Shown in pieces: positions 38,512 to 42,774 of a stretch of DNA of 42,774 bases. Each line of letters opens with the position of its first letter. Position 1 is the first letter of the stretch. Source of the stretch: an uncultured Clostridia bacterium (GTDB taxonomy: Bacteria > Bacillota > Clostridia > Christensenellales > UBA1242); the NCBI GenBank assembly GCA_947598785.1, contig CANQFL010000003.1:1-42774 (forward strand), written 5' to 3'. The position numbers and the translations under genes were made by a program. Under the pieces are notes generated by a model. It saw only the letters and a list, made by a program, of their open reading frames with translations, ran no database searches and was not told where the DNA came from.

Positions 38512-39135
38512 TTAATTTAATAAATCAATCACCACCTTTTTAGCTTCTTCAAAAGTGTCAGGTTTTTTCAAAGTAGGTTTAGTAACTTTTTCTCCACTAT
38601 TTGAAGAAATAACGATAGGTGGTTTATCGCCCAAATTTTTTAAATAGTTTTCAACGACAACTTTTTGGACTTGGTCGTCATTTAAAATAAGATTTTTGAA
38701 AAGAGGTTCATTGATACGATTTGGAGCGCACAATTTTTCATACAAAATACCAGCCCAAACTTTTTCAATATCCTCTTCCGAGCATTGACTTTCATTCAAA
38801 CGTGAACGAATTTCATTCACATAAGAACAAGCTTCCTGATTTTTAGAAAGGAACTCATTGAAAGCGTTTTGTTTTTTATCAAAAGATTGGCTTTCAAGAG
38901 TTTTATCTTTCTCCAATTCAGATAGTCTTTGGCTTTTACGAGTAAATTCAGCTTGAAGATTATTATAAGCTTCAAACAAGTCGTTTACATTTTTAAATTT
39001 ACCAATAGGAACGCCCTTTTCTGCTTCACCTGTGACAGCTGATAAGTTTTCTTCAATCTGAGGAGAGCCTGAAGAGTTTTCTTCAAAAGAAGGTTGAACA
39101 TCAATTGGTTGTTCTCCTAAATTTTCATTTTCCAT
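38512..39135 (-). CDS. Capsid scaffolding/assembly protein
   Basis: Acidic N-terminus, GKFKNVNDLFEAYNNLQAEFTRKSQ coiled coil as in podovirus scaffolds; between portal and capsid. Confidence 0.75.
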   Translation of the reverse strand: MENENLGEQPIDVQPSFEENSSGSPQIEENLSAVTGEAEKGVPIGKFKNVNDLFEAYNNLQAEFTRKSQRLSELEKDKTLESQSFDKKQNAFNEFLSKNQEACSYVNEIRSRLNESQCSEEDIEKVWAGILYEKLCAPNRINEPLFKNLILNDDQVQKVVVENYLKNLGDKPPIVISSNSGEKVTKPTLKKPDTFEEAKKVVIDLLN

Positions 39136-39136
39136 A

Positions 39137-40969
39137 TTAAACTCCTTTAAATTTTTTATGATTACGGATATGTTCTAAAAATAAATTTTCGATTTTTTTA
39201 TCAAAATCAGAATTATATAAATTTTTAAGCATAAAAGCGATATGTTGATTAATATGTAACTCATGGTTATCAATTTCTTTAACATCAACATAAATGCCAT
39301 TAGACAATTTAGTATTTTCAACATCTGCATTTTTTGAATGTAATTCATTTAAATCAACAGAAGAATCCCAAACGCCGAAACCGATATTTTCCAAAATTTT
39401 ATTTTTCATAGAGCTAGAAATTTTACCATTTTCATCAGAAAGTAAACCTTTATCTAAAAGTGTAAAAATCATATTTCTACGTTGTGCTAAAGAATCATTA
39501 GTTTCATTATCTGTTTCAAATTGTACATCATCACTAGTGATGTCGCTTCCCTTAAAATAGGTAACATCTAAATCACCGTTGTCGCCTACAATTTTAATAA
39601 GTCTAGGGAATGTAGCAAATTGCTTATAAAGTCTAAGAATATGTTTAGCTATAGTTTTGACAGCAGTTTTCATACTATCAGTAGTAAATTTCAATCTAGT
39701 TTCATTTTCATCAATTAAAAGTTCTAGAGCGACACCACTCATAGCAGAAATATGTTCCATATTACCAATTTCGCTAGTACCACATAAAGTAGTAAATTCT
39801 TGTAAAAGATGTTCTTCTTCTTTTTCAAAATCACTAGGAACAGAATCACCATTAAGGAAAGAAGGAGAATTAGAGCCTTGTCTATAAACTAAAATTTTAC
39901 CTGGAGCAAGGCCCTCTTCCTCAAGATTATCAATATCCACACTACCGTCCTCAACAGCAAGAACACCCATAGTCAAACGGTTAAGATATTCATGTTTACG
40001 ATTTTTAACAGCATTATAAGCTCTTTGAATAGGGATAAGGCGAGAAATCATGCTAACGCCCCAGAAATTACCGACTTCTTGATTACAAATTTGTTTAACA
40101 AAAGGAAATTCACGTTTACCATCAATTCCATTAATATAAGGCATATCGCCGTTAAAAACAAGTTTATCACCAGCGACAATGATTAACTGACCATTAGGGT
40201 AATTTTCATTAGGTTTAACATATTTTTCAATAACAATAGCCGAATTTTTCTTAGTAGTTTCGATAAGTTTAGTAACCATACCAAAATAACCAAGTCCCCC
40301 TAAAGAACTAGAAGAGCCATCGAGAGAATAGACATTAATGTCTTTACCTTGAACATCGATACCGAACATTTGTTTAATTTGTTCAACAGAATAGGCTTTG
40401 GCATGGATTAAACTTTGGCAATCTTCCAAATTTTCGTGAGTAGAACTATCAGGATATATTTCAAAAGGAGAACAGACAGAAATTTCAACATCACCTGTCT
40501 TAATTTTATTACCATTTTCCTCAATAGCTACCACTTGTCCCAAATTAGAATTCCAAGTGATTTTATAGAAACTAGTACCACAAATTTCACTCCATTTAGT
40601 AGCTTGATTAATTTTAGAAGTGATGTTCATTTTGCTAGTAACAGAATTTAAAATTTTTTTACCAACTTTCGCCGTATAAATATCAGATTCGTCATTAGTA
40701 GCAGGAACAATATACATTTTAGGCTTAATGTTAGAAAGTTTTGAAAGTCTAATATCAATTAAAGGTGCGATATGGTTAAAGACTTCTCTTTCCTGCCAAA
40801 AATATTGTTTATCAATTTCTCTTACCAAGCCACCATACCCCACATCGCAAAATTGATTACCCATGTAAAAATTCATATTAAGTTGCCATTGACTATCAAA
40901 GCATTTTCTATCAGCAACACGACTTTCAAAATCGGCTAAAGTTTGCTTAACAATATCGTTATCTTTCAT
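39137..40969 (-). CDS. Phage portal protein (large, P22/podovirus-like)
   Basis: 610 aa; FYMGNQ, VFNHIAP, CGTSFYKITW, SPFEIYPD, LIPIQRAYN, SGVAL; first large gene of the head module. Confidence 0.8.
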   Translation of the reverse strand: MKDNDIVKQTLADFESRVADRKCFDSQWQLNMNFYMGNQFCDVGYGGLVREIDKQYFWQEREVFNHIAPLIDIRLSKLSNIKPKMYIVPATNDESDIYTAKVGKKILNSVTSKMNITSKINQATKWSEICGTSFYKITWNSNLGQVVAIEENGNKIKTGDVEISVCSPFEIYPDSSTHENLEDCQSLIHAKAYSVEQIKQMFGIDVQGKDINVYSLDGSSSSLGGLGYFGMVTKLIETTKKNSAIVIEKYVKPNENYPNGQLIIVAGDKLVFNGDMPYINGIDGKREFPFVKQICNQEVGNFWGVSMISRLIPIQRAYNAVKNRKHEYLNRLTMGVLAVEDGSVDIDNLEEEGLAPGKILVYRQGSNSPSFLNGDSVPSDFEKEEEHLLQEFTTLCGTSEIGNMEHISAMSGVALELLIDENETRLKFTTDSMKTAVKTIAKHILRLYKQFATFPRLIKIVGDNGDLDVTYFKGSDITSDDVQFETDNETNDSLAQRRNMIFTLLDKGLLSDENGKISSSMKNKILENIGFGVWDSSVDLNELHSKNADVENTKLSNGIYVDVKEIDNHELHINQHIAFMLKNLYNSDFDKKIENLFLEHIRNHKKFKGV

Positions 40970-41178
40970 ACACGCTCCTTTTTATTTTTTTTAAATGGTG
41001 CATCGATAGGTTTAGGCACCATAAGTTTAGAAAAACATTCAAACATTTTTTTCATACAATCTTCACAAAAAACCAAATCACGCCTGATAAAACCTTTAGT
41101 GCTAAAACTATATTTAGCCAAGTTTTTACATCCATAAAAATCACATTTTAGTTGATTTTTACAAATATCAATTCTCAT
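40966..41178 (-). CDS. Small Cys4 (putative Zn-binding) protein
   Basis: CDFYGC...CEDC, AAGGAGG RBS, stop overlaps the portal ATG. Confidence 0.7.
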   Translation of the reverse strand: MRIDICKNQLKCDFYGCKNLAKYSFSTKGFIRRDLVFCEDCMKKMFECFSKLMVPKPIDAPFKKNKKERV

Positions 41179-41455
41179 TATCATCAACCTCCTTATCTTT
41201 TAAAAGTTGTAAAAGACGATTTTTTTCAGCAATAAGTTGTTCATCAGTCATATGAGTGAAGTCATCATCTGAATTAGATTGTTCAAGGAGAAACCTTAAA
41301 GCGTTCAAGTCAGGAGGATTAATTTTTTTAGTGATTTTACGCTTAGAAAGTAAAGGTTTACCGTTTTCATCACTGACATATTCCTCAATAATTTCATCAC
41401 TTTCAAAACCGAGAGCTTTTTTAATAAGAGCTTGTTTAATATCTTCTTCGTTCAC
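41168..41455 (-). CDS. Terminase-small-subunit-like protein lacking the N-terminal HTH
   Basis: ALIKKALGF...KKINPPDLNALRFLL resembles the ALLKRALGY...VPPDTTA.IFWL oligomerisation core of Firmicute phage TerS; GTG start after AAGGA. Confidence 0.55.
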   Translation of the reverse strand: MNEEDIKQALIKKALGFESDEIIEEYVSDENGKPLLSKRKITKKINPPDLNALRFLLEQSNSDDDFTHMTDEQLIAEKNRLLQLLKDKEVDDNEN

Positions 41456-41585
41456 AATGAATCCTTTTATTTACAACTTTTGTCACAATAATAGACGGAA
41501 AAAAAGACGAAAACAATAAAGAGTGCCAAAATAATCACGCACAAAAAAATAAAGAAAAAATAGAATGTATTTGTAGAGGGAAAAA

Positions 41586-42356
41586 ATGGAAAAGTTACTA
41601 GAATACGAAAAAGTGAATTACATTTATCAAACAAAAACAGATGAAATAGAAGCATTAAGAGATGTAAATTTCACGATAGAAGAAGAGGAATTTGCAACAT
41701 TGGTAGGTCCAAGTGGATGTGGAAAAACAACAATACTATCTCTAACAGCAGGGCTATTAAAGCCAACATCAGGAAAAATAAAATTTAAAGGGAATGAAAA
41801 AATAGATACAAGACAAATTGGATATATGTTTCAAAAAGATTATTTATTTGAATGGAGAAGTGTATGGAAAAACATCACACTAGGCTTAGAGATACAGAAA
41901 CCAGAAGATAAAGAGCAGAAGATGAAGATTGCAGAAGAGTTAATAAAAAAATACGACCTCTACAATTTTATAAACCAGCGCCCTCGTTCGTTATCAGGAG
42001 GAATGCGACAAAGAGTAGCATTAATAAGAACGTTAGCACTAAACCCAAGTTTATTATTATTAGACGAGCCATTTTCAGCATTAGATTATCAAACAAGATT
42101 ATCAGTATGTGACGATGTATATAGCATAATAAAGAATGAAAAGAAGACTGCATTGTTAGTAACACACGATATTTCGGAAGCGATATGTATGTCAGACAAG
42201 ATAATAGTATTATCAAAAAGACCAGCGACTGTAAAAGAGGAGATGAAATTAGAATTAAAAGGGAAGACACCATTAGAAAAAAGGAAAATGAAAGACGAAA
42301 GTTTTTCAAAATTATTTGATAAGATATGGAGTGAACTAACAGATGAAACAGAATAA
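41586..42356 (+). CDS. ABC transporter ATP-binding protein (NitT/TauT family, YtlC-like)
   Basis: GPSGCGKTT, LSGGMRQR, LLLDEPFSALD, VTHD. Confidence 0.93.
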   Translation: MEKLLEYEKVNYIYQTKTDEIEALRDVNFTIEEEEFATLVGPSGCGKTTILSLTAGLLKPTSGKIKFKGNEKIDTRQIGYMFQKDYLFEWRSVWKNITLGLEIQKPEDKEQKMKIAEELIKKYDLYNFINQRPRSLSGGMRQRVALIRTLALNPSLLLLDEPFSALDYQTRLSVCDDVYSIIKNEKKTALLVTHDISEAICMSDKIIVLSKRPATVKEEMKLELKGKTPLEKRKMKDESFSKLFDKIWSELTDETE

Positions 42357-42774
42357 TTTTTCCAAAGCGCATAAAGCGTATATAAAGAGGTTAAGAAAAG
42401 ATAAAATAATCATAACATTTTTTCGAATAGCGATATTTGTAATAATCATAGGATTATGGGAAATATTGACGCAATATAACGTAATAGACGCTTTTTTCTT
42501 TAGTTCTCCATCAAGAATAGTGATGCAGATAGGAGAAATGGTAAAAAGTGGGACATTATGGACACATACCCTAGTGACGTTGTATGAAACAATAATAGGA
42601 TTTGCAATAGCGACAGTACTAGGATATATAATAGCCGTCATATTATGGTGGAACGAAAGAGTAAGAAAAATATTTGAGCCATATATAATAGTGTTAAACG
42701 CCCTTCCAAAAATAGCGTTAGGACCAGTAATAATATTATGGGTAGGAGCTGGGACAAGTGCAATAGTAATCATG
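42343..42774 (+). CDS. ABC transporter permease (NitT/TauT family, YtlD-like; runs off the window)
   Basis: Translated by hand from ATG 42343: MKQNNFSKAH...GLWE...FFFSSPS...TLYETIIGF...LNALPKIALGP; overlaps the ATPase stop. Confidence 0.9.
   Translation, partial: MKQNNFSKAHKAYIKRLRKDKIIITFFRIAIFVIIIGLWEILTQYNVIDAFFFSSPSRIVMQIGEMVKSGTLWTHTLVTLYETIIGFAIATVLGYIIAVILWWNERVRKIFEPYIIVLNALPKIALGPVIILWVGAGTSAIVIM

Larger units (their letters stand above)
34336..41455 (-). other. Phage-derived head/holin operon without mobility genes (GTA-like or capsid module)
   Basis: Ten co-oriented, mostly tightly coupled intact ORFs between core genes; no integrase, TerL, endolysin or tail genes in the window. 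Confidence 0.75.

Noticed and set aside
34336-41455. Complete or inducible prophage
   Set aside because: No integrase, att repeats, repressor, replication, TerL, tail or endolysin genes; flanks are core genes. The only recombinase is ~18 kb away and looks like a housekeeping Xer.
806-42773. Many short antisense or alternate-frame ORFs in the track (e.g. 806-1120, 3267-3647, 26467-26889, 41467-41655, 41968-42372, 42336-42773)
   Set aside because: They overlap well-supported genes and lack RBSs or recognisable motifs.
35000-42774. Apparent increase in plus-strand A at third codon positions toward the right end, as a sign of a replication origin or terminus
   Set aside because: Impression by eye only and confounded by gene orientation; no dnaA or DnaA-box cluster seen. 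It would need a computed skew over a longer contig.

Overview
This is a low-GC chromosomal segment from an endospore-forming Firmicute, Clostridia-like (spoIVB, sporulation-type promoters, T-box). Most genes lie on the minus strand. The first ~34 kb is core housekeeping: iscS, trxA, tcdA, hslUV, topA, dprA, comM, rny, clpXP, tig, a Xer-type recombinase, spoIVB, recN, argR, thiI, a second cysteine desulfurase, pheST with a Phe T-box, RluA, DUF1292, ruvX/yqgF and polA. An ABC transporter runs off the right end. The main unexplained feature is a compact, intact ~7.1 kb operon at 34.4-41.5 kb that encodes only a podovirus-like head. In order it carries an HTH-less small-terminase-like protein, a Cys4 protein, portal, scaffold, major capsid, a hypothetical protein, adaptor-like and nozzle-like proteins, and two holins. 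It has no large terminase, endolysin, tail, integrase, repressor or replication genes, which suggests a domesticated capsid or GTA-like system. A second unexplained signal is a dispersed 32-bp palindrome (TGMATAMTACAC-N8-GTGTATTATKCA, plus abutting extra half-sites). It occurs next to the xer gene, in tandem upstream of a membrane-anchored PadR-like protein, and inside operon junctions. Also noted are a candidate sigmaG sRNA and a 54-aa Lys/Ser-rich protein, missed by the ORF track, behind a sigmaF/G-like promoter. All calls come from motif recognition by eye; no searches were run.
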